A stretch of 63,538 nt of DNA, filler included, from Circinaria calcarea (taxonomy: Eukaryota), in assembly GCA_051942165.1 (NCBI GenBank). It is 23 parts of 23 records of this genome, joined end to end, with 100 filler letters (N's around TTAATTAATTAA, not from the genome) between each part and the next. Parts side by side here need not be neighbours in the genome. Positions count along the whole stretch, not along the records: positions 11,120 to 13,794 come from JAVECS010003337.1; positions 13,895 to 16,569 come from JAVECS010003338.1; positions 16,670 to 19,343 come from JAVECS010003339.1; positions 19,444 to 22,115 come from JAVECS010003340.1; positions 22,216 to 24,885 come from JAVECS010003341.1; 18 more parts are not named here. One strand, given 5' to 3'. Positions 12,516 through 24,985 of the stretch are shown here, piece by piece; position 1 is the first letter of the stretch; each line of letters begins with the position of its first letter. A program made the translations under genes and the position numbers. The notes under the pieces were generated by a model that searched no databases, was not told the origin of the DNA, and saw only the letters and a program-made list of their open reading frames with translations.

Positions 12516-12685
12516 ACGTTACTATACTGGTGTTGTGGTTTAAAGTAGATGGATTGGGAACTTGGATGGTGATTGACTGTCATGGGCGATGACCGTTGAA
12601 GAATATATACATTTCCTCCAGCTCCTGCAATCAAGCCTTCCCCTGTGGCACATGCAGGCTCCTATCCACCAATTCCCTTCACAGC

Positions 12686-13024
12686 TTATCCATTTTTCTT
12701 TGTTTGCCAGACTATAGGATATTAGTTTTTCTTTTAATTCTGAAAAAAAGAAGCCCAAGCCTACCAGCAATGCCGAAAGGCAGACCAAAACCAACAGCTA
12801 CCCTCCATCAGTCCGTAACCAATATAAACAAGCATCCGGGGCATACCCATAAATGACCAGTAGCGAACAGCGAAGTACTTTGTCAGGGGATTAAAGGGTA
12901 TATTGGACCGGGGGCCCTCAGGGTAATGGTAAGGACTTGAAAGGTGTGCGCGAGTGGCGTGGAAACCACGACGGGCTACTAGCGATTGAAGGCTGGATGC
13001 CTTTATGGCTGATCGAGAAAGCAT
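12686..13024 (-). CDS. COX8: Cytochrome c oxidase subunit VIIc (yeast Cox8); exons 12847-13024, 12765-12797, 12686-12711
   Basis: Mitochondrial presequence, then HYPEGPRSNIPFNPLTKYF...GFGLPFGIAVWQTKK. Confidence 0.9.
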
Positions 13025-13348
13025 CTGTGTATGTGAGCTTCGTTGAAGAAAGTCGCCAATGAACGTACCTTGACCGCTGGTTATATCTGCAGAGGGTGAC
13101 GATGCTCGTCAGACCTCCAAGCTCGACCTTCAAGCCAAATCAGTCGCTTAGATAAACCTCGTAAGGCTTAGGCTTCTGATCCCTCAGGTTGGGCCGAATT
13201 TTTGGGAATGCTCACAAAAGCTCTGAGATGGCAGAAGAACTACCTCAATTACTACTCACCCATCATGAGTTAGGGCTGCCAACTTGATTGGATCCTCATC
13301 TTGAGACTACCTAGCCACTGGCGTACAAATTTTTCATCTCGGCCCCAA

Positions 13349-13794
13349 ATGGCCGCCCGGCACACTCTTCGCACTCTTCCCAAGAGACTCACATGCCTCA
13401 AGGCCCTCCCGCGCTCTGCACCCTGCTCACAGATCAGGTTTGAGCACACTACGTCCTCGACCTCTGCACTCGCCTACAAAGCCCTCCACCGCCGTACTTC
13501 CCCCCTCCCAATATCCGATTCCGCTTCCTCATGGTCCGCGCCTGCGGCCGTCTCCTCCATCCTGTACGAGACTCCCCTGCCCTCTACTGTCCCACCCGAA
13601 CGGCATGTCCTCAATTGCCTCGTACAAAATGAGCCTGGTGTACTATCACGGGTCTCTGGGATTCTAGCAGCAAGGGGCTTCAACATCGACAGCTTAGTCG
13701 TCTGCAACACAGAAGTCGAAGATCTCTCGCGCATGACAATTGTGCTCTCAGGACAAGACGGGGTGGTCGAGCAAGCGAGGAGGCAGCTCGAAGA
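13349..13794 (+). CDS. ILV6: Acetolactate synthase small (regulatory) subunit, 3' truncated
   Basis: ACT domain HVLNCLVQNEPGVLSRVSGILAARGFNIDSLVVCNTEVEDLSRMTIVL. Confidence 0.96.
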
Positions 13795-13894
13795 NNNNNN
13801 NNNNNNNNNNNNNNNNNNNNNNNNNNNNNNNNNNNNNNTTAATTAATTAANNNNNNNNNNNNNNNNNNNNNNNNNNNNNNNNNNNNNNNNNNNN

Positions 13895-15315
13895 GAACAG
13901 GTCGAGTAGGCAAACCGCCACTCCCCAGCCTCGCAATCGAACCACGCGCTCAGGAGACCGGCGTTGCCCCCGAAATCGCCCATCATACTGCGGACAGTAA
14001 TCTCTCGGATCCCGGGGATGGACGAGTTGACGGTAACGGCTGCGTCGTGCCATTTTTCCGCCTTCCAGCGACGGGCATGTTCGTCCTCGTCGGCAGGTAG
14101 GTGATGATATACATCGCAGCCTTCATGGTCATGGCCCGTGAGGATGATACCGTTTCGCCCCAGGCCTTGACCGGGAGCGTGAGGATTACCACTCATGCCA
14201 AAAATACCTTCCAAGAGTCCTTTGCCTGCTTCATAACTGATGTGATTTTGCTCCTTTACGCCTCCTCCCTGGTCGCTTGGGTGGAAGTCGAAGAAAGGAC
14301 TGTCAACGCAAACACCAGGCTCTTTGTGCAATGGAAGGTGAGTCAGGAGGATGGTTCCGATGTTTCGATCCTCGACCGGATTAGAGCGAGTAATGACTTC
14401 ATTTACAAAATTATATGTTTCACCTTGCAAGTTTTGATCCAAGGCCGGAGTGTCAAGGTTCAGTGAATTCAATATCACTACCCGTAGTTCTGGTCTCTTG
14501 TTTCCATCATCTTCTGTGCCACTGTCTCTTTCCTCTGGAGGTAGTCGAAACCTAATCTCCCAGTTTGGTCTTCCGAAGACCTTGTCAAACCGCTCGACTT
14601 GCTCCGCCGTCATATCTCCGGCGTATCCCACGTCATGATTGCCAGCAACATTGATGATTCTCCTACTCCAACTCTTGTCTTCCCCGAGCGTTCCAACAGT
14701 AGCCCGGGCTGTCACCTCCTCCTCCACCTTTTGCCCATGTCGGAAAACACGTTGCCAAAAACGCACACCCCTTCGTTCAAACTCCTCATCGTCTATCCAT
14801 TGACTTCCGAGCAGATCTCCCAGGACCGTCACGTGCGTGGGCTTGGTATGCTGATGTATGGTTCGATAGATGTGAGCTAGGTAGTAATCGTTGCCGAGCA
14901 GGTCCAACTGCTTGCGATATCTTTTGAATAATGATAGCGAGTGTCTTAGTAACAAGCCACTCACAGCCGTCTGTAATACGTCCAATCGCTTTCTGAAAGA
15001 CTCGGCTCCAAGGATGTCGGCTGTCAATGACTTTAGGGACTTGACATGACTGGTGGTGGAATCTGGCAACGAAGTGTCACCTTCAAGCTGTGGATCTCCA
15101 AGGGCAAGCAGTCTGAATGGAGCTCGCGGATGAGAGGTATTTATAGTACTAAAGTGCCGGCTGAATTGGCCCCAGAAGGACCTTTGGCTGTCCCGGTGTG
15201 TATTTTGGGTTGGAAAGCTGCATCCGTGGACCAAGGGATACTGATATAAGTAGGTTGTCAAGAGAAAAGAGAGGCATGTAAGTATGATAGCTAACCTATA
15301 CAAAATAGAGGACAT
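13895..15315 (-). CDS. TED1: Calcineurin-like metallophosphoesterase, Ted1/Cdc1 (PGAP5) GPI-remodelling family, 3' truncated
   Basis: N-terminal TM segment; motifs GDPQ, DLLGNDYYLAHIY, GDLLGSQWI, GNHD, GHDH. Confidence 0.82.
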
Positions 15316-15795
15316 GGATCTTTTGCGACGCGGAAACCCAGAAGATGTTGGGGGAAATAATTTGGCGAGATGTAGCCCTGAAAGCCCTCGCCCTACAAGG
15401 AAGGACCACTAAATTTACAGATCTCACCTCCCTTGGACTACACTACGATATAGACAGGATAAGTACCACTCTACGACGCTCTACGACTCGGGTTTGTAGT
15501 AGCATGGACATTGATTGACTAAGCTATCACTGTGCTGCCTGATGAACTAGACTATGATATAACAAGGTAGCGCAGCCACTATGATCTGATATCAAGCCTA
15601 AATATTGGTTAAAATCTGCATTGGGTTCCTTGGAAACTGTGATCTGGTTCTAGAAGGTCTGGCAACAGGAAGACAATACTGTGAGGATCTTGGCTTGGTA
15701 TCTTTCATGATTGTATCTACCTAGCTGAACAGCATGCCGTAGCATGCAAAGCTCATAGTCACCCCTTGACGTTGACCGCGCGAGTAGAAGACACG

Positions 15796-16550
15796 TCACA
15801 TCACGACACCAGAGTTACTGGCAATACGCTGTCCTTCCGTTAGTTTTTGGTATGCCGATCTATAGCATAAGGGGTAAGACGTACCGGCCACAATTCTGCT
15901 GCCTCCTTCCCCACCGGTCCTGTGATTGCTGAGCCCTTCATTTCTCCTTTCGGATTAACAATCTAGTCACCCGATCCGTTAGCATTCTACTCCCAAGCAT
16001 CATTTCTAGACCCAATTTGCCTGTCCTTTATTCTAAACTCCAATAATGTACACTAAATCATGCCTCTCATCCGGTATTTGAGCTCCACTCACCACTCCAG
16101 CATTGTCCTCAAAGTAGAGATAGACTCCGTCCGACCTCCTCCACGGTTTGCTCTGTCGTACCACTACCGCCGGCATAACCTTCTTCCTTAGTTCTGGCTT
16201 CCCTTTCTTGACTGTAGCCATAACCATATCACCGACACCAGCAGCTGGTAGACGATTGAGACGCGCACCGATGCCTTTGACGGAAATGATGTAGAGATTT
16301 CGTGCGCCGGAGTTGTCGCAGCAGTTCATGACAGCACCGCTGCACCGTATCATTAGGCAATCAGTCGAGCAAGTAAAGAGGTTACACTATATCGATATAG
16401 AGATGGATCTTCCTAGACGTACACTGGTAGACCCAAGGTCATCTTGAGCTTATTGCCCGAGGCGCCTCCACGACTAATGGAGAGAGTCAGCTTGACGTTG
16501 GGTGACCGCAATTGAACTGCCGGATGAAGACCATACCCTCTTTTAGACAT
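15796..16550 (-). CDS. RPL23: 60S ribosomal protein L23 (uL14), 5 exons
   Basis: [40 protein letters not shown]...[42 protein letters not shown]. Confidence 0.97.
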
Positions 16551-17630
16551 TCTGTATCAAGTCTGAGTGNNNNNNNNNNNNNNNNNNNNNNNNNNNNNNN
16601 NNNNNNNNNNNNNTTAATTAATTAANNNNNNNNNNNNNNNNNNNNNNNNNNNNNNNNNNNNNNNNNNNNGTATGTGCTCGGAAGATTGAGAAGTATCGCG
16701 AGGAGTGTGAGAAGCTCCGGGAGGGTGTCAATCTGCGGAAGATGTCGTCGGAGGCCGGTCTTCCGGTATCCGGGAACACTAGTGAGCAGTGATAGACGTA
16801 CTTGTACACATGGTCGTCTCATCGCAATATGCAAATGGGCGTTGGCATTCCTACTGCTCCACTCTATAAAATATAGAGAAGAGATCTCATTTAGGATTAT
16901 GTGGCCTTCCAAGCAGCGACCTCTACTCACACTCACGCATTCTAGCCTATCCCCTGCGACAATGTCCTTTAAATTTATCACTCTATAGCTCTTCTCAGAT
17001 GACCAATCGCCTTCATCTTAAGCAGAAAGTGATTGCGGGCGGCCAAGCAAATCTCTCTCGGGAAACTGCGCGACAACAGACATTGGTGATATGAGTCTGA
17101 CCGGATGAGCCGCTGGGTGTAATTCTGCTACTTATATAATCCAAGACGTTAATGTCCGGCCACGTCTACCGTGCTTGAAACCTGCACCACTCCCAGCCTG
17201 CACTCTTAAGCTCCTCACAGCCCTTTCTATTCCACTAGTATCAGACTATAGGGCTTGGGCATGAGGACTCAAGTCAACAAACCAGCTGGTTGGGAAGCAC
17301 CTCTGTTGTCGTATAATTTATCACCACGTTTTACATACTATAAGGGCTGAAGGGTGAGAAGAGCGTCTGGGTAAACAGTTGAATTGATACCATATTACAA
17401 GACAACGGCGCAAGCCACTTTCCGCATAATGACAACGAAACCTTACAACCACACTATTACAGGTCAAAGAGACTTCGCGGTGACAAACATCACCACAAGA
17501 AACGATTTCTACCTTGTTACCTTGACAGATCCTCCCCCAACATTTATGAAGATCAACCTTGACACTGATAACAAATTTTAGCTACCGCTAGATGATCGCT
17601 CTGTCTTGATTTGCCTGCAACCGCTACTGT

Positions 17631-19343
17631 TCAGTTTGGAAGAGGTGCTTGCAATGAGTCTCTGCCGGGAATCTGCATTGTTCCCACATTGATAGCTCCA
17701 GGGGGGTCTCCGCACCTGTTACGGCCCGAGGGCTGGAGGCTATCTGGCGTGGGTTTGATGTTCGACTCGAAGATATCATTGGCGATACCCATACCCAAAG
17801 GAACACCGCCAATAGGGAACAATTGACCTGGGCGGTCGCCACGCGGACCCATGGTTTGGTATCGAATCTCGTTTACGTTTTTGTAATCAACCGTCCCGTC
17901 GGATTGGATTTGAGTAGAGGCCACCACATCGCTTTGCGCAAACGCATCGAAGCCCCAGTGCACGCCAAGGTATATGCGGCTGATGGCGTTGTCAAATATT
18001 GCCGCCCACAGGCTGGGGAATTCTCTAACCACATTTGTCCGGACGGTTCCTAGCTGCTCTGTGATAGGGAGAGATGGATTGTATGGTTGGCGTAAGTCCC
18101 GACTAATACCGTTGAGCTCATCCGAAGTGATGCTGAACGAAATGCTATCAGGCTCATCAGGCGCGAAGGTTAGGTTGTCGCGTTTCTTGTAGTACAACCG
18201 CATCGCCTGGAAAACTGCTCCACCAAATGTGGCGTGGCCGGAAGGGTAGGAGGGGAACGGGGGCTTGAAGGAGATGTTATTGGTGTTTGTCTCGGGGGCA
18301 CCCTGCGTTAGCCAGAATGGGTCAACCAAAGGATTGGAGCTGTCTTCCCGGACTCCTGAAAGTGGACGCCAGAATTCAAAGCAGTATTTCTCCAACCAAG
18401 CGAAGATGCCAGCATCCCCCATGGCTACGTTCACCAAGGCGAACAGCCGAGCGAAGTCAGCATTATTTGCTTCGTTTGTCAAGTCCGAGTTTGGTCTCTT
18501 ATCGACGGCGACCTTGCGGAGAATCTCGTTGTAAATTCGTGGGGGGGTCCCAATAAGGTTTGATCCATCATAGGCCCAGAAGAAGCCTGTGACTGTCTGG
18601 TCTGGTCGACGACTCGTTGTATTGAGTGCTGCATTGCCACCCTGGCGGTACACCTCCTCGAAAGCAAAATTATATGTATCGACATCGTTTACACTAAACC
18701 CGACCGGAGGATCGGCAAGGATATGCTCAGTGGGTACACCGTTGACCACTCCCTGCACCGCTAGTCGCTTTCCAAGCAACCCATAAAATGGCGCGTTGTA
18801 GACACGGATTGCCCTTTGAGGCCCATTCGGATTGTTTGGATCAACAGGTACCACACGAATAGGATTTGTAGGATCATCGTCGAACCTGTATTGGCCGGGG
18901 GTTGGGCGGTAGGAATCCTGGTCAAATGGAGCTGGACCTTGGTCCAATAAGTTCAAGATGGCCCTGCCAACAGCGACACCGAAGCGGTAGCTGAAAGAAA
19001 GGGTATCCAGATTAGGGAATGCGCCGACAGACTGGTTGATGAGTTGTGTAAGTCGATCGGTGGTCGCTACCGGAGTGTTAGGGGCAGGAGTTGTATATAA
19101 CTGGCGTAAAACCGTATTCGCTGCGCCTGCAACTGCCTGGCGAGCATCGGTGGCACCAAAGACTGCTGGAAGGCGGAGAATTGGGTCTGGATTATCAGCC
19201 GTCAAATAGGTAGTAGCTGTTCCGCTTTCATCAGGGTGGATCGCAAAGTAGGCGTCGTTGATGGCCAGATGTAGTATACCGAGTGCCCGTGAGGCAGACG
19301 CTGGGCCATTATTAGGTCCGTTGGACAGCGATACTGTAAGGCG
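17631..19343 (-). CDS. Vanadium-dependent haloperoxidase (chloroperoxidase type), 5' truncated, no intron in the visible part
   Basis: KYCFEFWRP, PPFPSYPSGHATFGGA and AISRIYLGVHW vanadate-binding motifs, plus GPASASRALGILHLAINDAYF, as in Curvularia VCPO. Confidence 0.92.
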   Translation of the reverse strand, partial: RLTVSLSNGPNNGPASASRALGILHLAINDAYFAIHPDESGTATTYLTADNPDPILRLPAVFGATDARQAVAGAANTVLRQLYTTPAPNTPVATTDRLTQLINQSVGAFPNLDTLSFSYRFGVAVGRAILNLLDQGPAPFDQDSYRPTPGQYRFDDDPTNPIRVVPVDPNNPNGPQRAIRVYNAPFYGLLGKRLAVQGVVNGVPTEHILADPPVGFSVNDVDTYNFAFEEVYRQGGNAALNTTSRRPDQTVTGFFWAYDGSNLIGTPPRIYNEILRKVAVDKRPNSDLTNEANNADFARLFALVNVAMGDAGIFAWLEKYCFEFWRPLSGVREDSSNPLVDPFWLTQGAPETNTNNISFKPPFPSYPSGHATFGGAVFQAMRLYYKKRDNLTFAPDEPDSISFSITSDELNGISRDLRQPYNPSLPITEQLGTVRTNVVREFPSLWAAIFDNAISRIYLGVHWGFDAFAQSDVVASTQIQSDGTVDYKNVNEIRYQTMGPRGDRPGQLFPIGGVPLGMGIANDIFESNIKPTPDSLQPSGRNRCGDPPGAINVGTMQIPGRDSLQAPLPN

Positions 19344-19743
19344 NNNNNNNNNNNNNNNNNNNNNNNNNNNNNNNNNNNNNNNNNNNNTTAATTAATTAAN
19401 NNNNNNNNNNNNNNNNNNNNNNNNNNNNNNNNNNNNNNNNNNNAAGCAGTCAGAGGTGCTGTTAAAATCGGAAAAGATGGTGTGCGGTAAAAGGGAAGGA
19501 TTGGCCGTGTATAGAAGCCGCGCATGGCAGCAGAAGTAGAAGTAAGAAGGCATGATTGAGTGGCTACCGGGAAAGTCGGACATGGTCCGTCATGCCGCTT
19601 TATGAAATCTTGATGCGGCTCAAACACCGAAAAGGAGATGGGTGCGGCTATCAACTCTTGCGTGTCAATGACAGCCCACGTACTCCGCACACAATTGCAA
19701 CCTCCCAAAACTTGGTGCTCGAAGGCATTGCTTTGGATCCTGA

Positions 19744-21129
19744 TCACACACTTCGAGCTTTGTTGTATTGGGAAGGTAAGTCAAGATCCAGATTGCCGTT
19801 CAGTCCACGAATCTTGCAAGAGGGCCGCGAGATTCCATTGTGGCCGGCACCGGCGGTGGGAAATTGATTATCATACTCATGAATAACTGTCGAGACCCCT
19901 GATGGGTCAAGCACTAGGATGCGCACGGCTTTTATCCAGTGCTCCTTGACAGAGAGGCGTTGCAATTTGGTCGGTTGTCCAGGCCCGACAGCTGCGATCT
20001 CACCCACGTCGTCATATCTCTGAAGCACGAATCGCAACCAGATTCTGTCGGCCAGGTAATCGCTCAGGTCTGCTTGACCTACGGCTTCACGATGTACCTG
20101 GTTAACGGAATAGTTCTTGAGGCATTCCAATAATTTCTTGTAGCGTGATCTGTCTCCCTGGACGCGAATTTGAACGTGGTTCAGGCCGCTATCACTACAG
20201 TGAGCTGGTACATGATGGTCGACCAGATCCTGCCTAGAAGGCATTTGGCCGTAAACCGACTCTAGAGATTTTTGTGGTACTGCTCTTTGCAACATCTCTA
20301 TATGATTTTCCCGGAGCTGTTTCCTCATATCATCAAGGTCCTTTTCGATAGACCACAACTCATTCTCAGCCTCAGCAATGGCGAGCTTTGACTCCCTCAC
20401 CGATGCAGTATCTTCCCGAGCATCCTCAAAACCGATCCCGCCTACAGCTTGGGGTTTTCTTTTATCAAGATCTATATAGCGATCTTGAAGCCTTTCCCTG
20501 ATGATCCGCTCGTCGCCAAGACGGGACTGATACCGCGAATATAGTGATCCAGATTGGTTATTTTTCGAGAGGACCGAAGGATAATCGGTGGAATTTGAAG
20601 TGTGAGTTGAAACACTTTGGTTGTCTAGTTCCTCTTGATCGGTGATCGGATGATGCGGCACCAATAATAATGCTTCCTTCTTGTCCAATCTCACCTCTAT
20701 CATTTCATGTTCATCCTCTGCTTGATTGTATTCATATTGAAGAGATCCGATTTCGTCTCTTTTTTCCTCCAGCTCCGCATACATTTTCTCAAAGGCAGAC
20801 CTATCAGGCAAGAACCCTTGCTGCCAAAATTGTCGTAGTGCACTCATCCATTTCGAATCGAGCTCCCTGAGAACTTCACTTCCTTCCCGCAGCTGGACCC
20901 GTTTTTCCCTCAGCCTTAGTCTGCTGAGATAGACCTCATCACGAAGGTCGGCAACTCTTGAGAACATTTTCTTCCATCGTTGGAGCTCAACACTTTTCCC
21001 CTCATATGGCTGTTTTGTTGTGGCCTGATCATCCTTCGAAATGATTGATGAACACGACGAGGCACGGTTGGATTGGGAGCTGGATATGCCTTCATGTCGA
21101 TCCGTCGCCAATCCCCCGTAGTCTGGCAT
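19744..21129 (-). CDS. Hypothetical coiled-coil protein
   Basis: 461-aa ORF with charged heptad-like stretches; no family recognised. Confidence 0.6.
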   Translation of the reverse strand: MPDYGGLATDRHEGISSSQSNRASSCSSIISKDDQATTKQPYEGKSVELQRWKKMFSRVADLRDEVYLSRLRLREKRVQLREGSEVLRELDSKWMSALRQFWQQGFLPDRSAFEKMYAELEEKRDEIGSLQYEYNQAEDEHEMIEVRLDKKEALLLVPHHPITDQEELDNQSVSTHTSNSTDYPSVLSKNNQSGSLYSRYQSRLGDERIIRERLQDRYIDLDKRKPQAVGGIGFEDAREDTASVRESKLAIAEAENELWSIEKDLDDMRKQLRENHIEMLQRAVPQKSLESVYGQMPSRQDLVDHHVPAHCSDSGLNHVQIRVQGDRSRYKKLLECLKNYSVNQVHREAVGQADLSDYLADRIWLRFVLQRYDDVGEIAAVGPGQPTKLQRLSVKEHWIKAVRILVLDPSGVSTVIHEYDNQFPTAGAGHNGISRPSCKIRGLNGNLDLDLPSQYNKARSV

Positions 21130-24100
21130 GCTATTTCATGGAACGTGTATGTGGCATATTGAGCCCTAAGAGGGTGTCGATGACATCTCTGCTAGAAATG
21201 TCTATTCAGTGTATGCGTCTTGCCCCTTCGTGGAATGTGATCCACCATCAGGACTACTGGGTAGCTATATCGGTCTTTAGCTTTTCTGCTCGCAAAACTT
21301 AATAGAATACCTGTGGAAATAAAGGTGCCGGCCTGCGCTCTACGATCTCCACATATTCACGCCGTACAGCCTTTCCAATCTGGCCGAGAAGAGGAACCTG
21401 CACGTAGCCATGTCTGTCGCACAAGGCAAGACAGGCATAAGCAGCCTCCCAGAGGCAACTCGGGTTCCGCATGCCGTAACATGTAACGTGTCAACATGTT
21501 GATTGATGGCTGCGCACGTATGACGCCTCTATCAAATCCGAATGAAAGCACAGGCACATAAAGGATTCATCAAAGCGGCGAACAGCTAATTTCACTAGCA
21601 GCCCATGTCCTCCTAGCGCAACCGATAAGTTAATCAAATCAAGTTAGTTGCCGAGCCACCCATTGTGACATGGACTAAATGTCAGTTGATCCTTCGATGT
21701 GACAAAGACGGCCAGAACAGTACTAATTCGATACACTTTGCCTTCTAAACTGCCCGGGCGTGTCGTACAAATGGTCACTCGTCCATCGCCGCCTACGTAC
21801 TGACGGCATTGGATGATAAAGCAGGATCCGCATCCAATCAGAACAGGGGGCCCGCCGCCCCTTCTCCCATACTTGTTGTAACCGAACACGTGGGATGCAG
21901 CGTGGGGGTTACTACTGCTCGTGGATTCCGGGCTCCTGGTCTCAGAAGACGGGGATCTCGGGTCAATTCAAAAGAGAGCTGCCCAAACTTGAAGCAGCTT
22001 GACACCACTGGCCCGCTTCTGCCCAGCAAATCCATCTGGTGGCTTGCCGAGCCCAGCGTGCATTTCTTTAAGCCATCTATGCCGGAGAAGGAAAAGGGGA
22101 ACCTGCCGACAGAGCNNNNNNNNNNNNNNNNNNNNNNNNNNNNNNNNNNNNNNNNNNNNTTAATTAATTAANNNNNNNNNNNNNNNNNNNNNNNNNNNNN
22201 NNNNNNNNNNNNNNNAGGGAAGGTGAAATAGGGGGAGGTAAGGGTTGGTGTAATGATTAAAGGGGGGTATGATAATAAAGGGGTATGTAATGATAAGGTG
22301 TTGGTATGATAATAGGGGTAGGGAGGGAGTGAGATGGGATGGGATGGGGCAAAAGGTACGAGGAGAAGTAGGCTGGAGATGAGACGTCCGTGTTTGAGGT
22401 GGAATTTTAACCGGGAGTTTGATTAGTTGGGCTTGGGGATGTGGGATGTGGTGGATGTTGTTTGGTGGGATTTTTGTGGAAAAGGGGTGTGGAGGGGAAA
22501 TGGACGTTGGGAGTGAGAAATAATGTGCATGTCCGGGAGATGGTGTTCATATGAAGAAGTACTGGAGGTATTTGATTTTGCTGTAGCAGCGCCCTACAAA
22601 GGTTGATGTGAAATATACAGTATATCGAACGAAAAGGTACATACTTGTATTTGCAGATTAAAGAGACATAAATAAGGTACTGTGATTGAACCACTCTTCT
22701 ATCCCCAGAGAATGGAATAACTGCGTCGAAAATGTATGCTCCCAAGTGGCATCGCTTACTCTTTCTCTGAGACTATTTCTCGGAGTCTCACTGTGGCCTT
22801 CGAGCTGCTAACAGGCTCTGAGAGAATTGCTATCAGGTCAGATTCACCCGAGATGTCCTTGTTTGTGATATGAGTCTGGACAATTTTCATGCGAGGAAAT
22901 CGCTATAGTTATATAATAGAGAAGCTGTTCGCCCAACTCTAGACCTGTACTTGGGTCATATGTTGCATGATACAGGCAAATGCCCCCTTTTATTGTATAT
23001 AAGTAATTTTATGTAGGCTATATAGGAAGTAATACTCGTATCACTCTTGCTTGATCGATTATCGTATGAACCTATAAATACGGACGAGGACGGTACCCTG
23101 GGAACTCAAATGAGCTGAGGCACCGCTGATCTGAAAATCCATTGTCGTTTGGTAGTCGGTAAACCGATAATAGAGTCCTTCCTTCACCATACTTGTGATA
23201 GCCTAACCAGGACCTATGTACGGACCTGACACAGAAAGCTTTGAGGCTGCTCGAGAGTATCCTTCGACCAAGACCGGTACACCGTATCCCAGTTGCCGAT
23301 CAAAAGCTATATGGCCTTCGCCATCTGCATGAGTACAGCAACGAACACTTCAGGCGCTTCCCGTGCTACCCATTCCCTATTGACTAAGCGATTCGGGAAT
23401 TAAAAGATCACCTGAGATATCCCTCCAAATCTGCCCGAGCTGTCATGCATAGGGTCTGACAAAGAGTCGCCAGTATGGGAATGGGGGAAACCTACCGATA
23501 AAGGGATTCCATGACCTCGACAAAGCATGCTTTGGAGGACATATGGAAGGAAGAGTCAGAATCCGGTGGAAGGGATCCAAAGAGACCCTATACGAGGCTC
23601 TGGGTTTAGAACATTCAAATGTTTTCGGCGTCACCAGAAACCTGAGAAAGAAAAGATCATGCCCTATACCTATCGTAGATATTATCCTCAACGCAAGGAT
23701 GACGTTCTTGGTTCGAACAGAGGATTCCATGTGGACAGAGATGTCGGGTACTACGCTGCAAAAGACGATCCACGGTACATGATGTGATAACTTCTCGAGA
23801 GTCTCTATGGATTGTTACTAGGCTCGTCAGCTTATCTGTCTACTTATACGATGCCGGACACGCTTTAGATATAGACGAGAACGTAATGGGCCTTGATGGT
23901 AGCCATGGCAGACACTTTGTCAGGTACGCTAAAACCGTGTCCAAGGCATCTGAAAGTGAGGTAGGCTTGATGTACCATGACCAGGCACGAATGAATCTTA
24001 TTTTTCGTCGCTCCCGGCGCCTGATGAAATTTTGGCTTCGGGAACTACCGGTACCAACGTATCATGAAAAATGAAGCTGTTGAGACATCAGACGTTCGAA

Positions 24101-24505
24101 CATCAAAGGGACCGGCGGGTGCGATGTGGTATCCTTGCGTTCGAAGATACGTGACTGCTGTCGCACTACATGCAATGATGACTTGCTTTGATCCATGATT
24201 TGGGCATCTCAAGGAGTGGCTTCCATTCTGTGCTAGGGAGTTAGCCTTGAGTAGGAAACCTTAGGATGATACTATCACTCATATGCTAATTAATCACCTG
24301 TCTTCTTGGTTCAGTTTTGTACATTCCAAACCTTCAGATCTGCCCTGAGCGAAGACCGCATGATCCATTTTGAATACAACGTTCAGAATACTTGTAATGG
24401 TAATCTGAACCGATGGCGTGACACGGCAACCAAACCTCTAAGAACTCCTTAGAAGCTGCTCTCAGGATTTTCTTGGATATTTAATCATATTCTGCTAGCC
24501 CACGG

Positions 24506-24885
24506 TCACTTCTTACTAACGCTACCGTACTTAGCTTGCCACGCAAAAAAATACAGTAATGCAGCAAGTGGCTGACCGACAAGACAGAAACTGATCCAGA
24601 AAATACAATTGCCAATTACCTTACCGTTGGCGCCCTGCATCTTTTCCAATGGTAGTGTAACAGCAATAAGGGGGATTTGCACGACCATCCCTAGAAATGC
24701 AACGCCTGAAATGAAGGTAAGTAAGCTCCAACAAATTATGTAACAGGACGTACCTAGTATATTGTGCGTTGGAATTCCTACTAGTAATTCGTGCAGTAAA
24801 CCCGAAAATATGAAAACCATGGTACTCGCTTTATAAGGTGTCCACCCTCGACCCACCAGAGGGGAATAGATGTGCCTCCTCATGA
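24506..24885 (-). CDS. MBOAT acyltransferase (DGAT1/Dga2-type), C-terminal fragment with one intron
   Basis: RRHIYSPL...FIFSGLLHELLVGIPTH (catalytic His) and GNCIFWISFCLVGQPLAALLY. Confidence 0.88.
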
Positions 24886-24985
24886 NNNNNNNNNNNNNNN
24901 NNNNNNNNNNNNNNNNNNNNNNNNNNNNNTTAATTAATTAANNNNNNNNNNNNNNNNNNNNNNNNNNNNNNNNNNNNNNNNNNNN

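Noticed and set aside
15963..16092. Intronic snoRNA in the longest RPL23 intron
   Set aside because: No convincing C/D box pair or H/ACA structure seen.
23200..24074. Possible degraded F-box-like gene
   Set aside because: Only fragmentary ORFs with no motif I can name with confidence.
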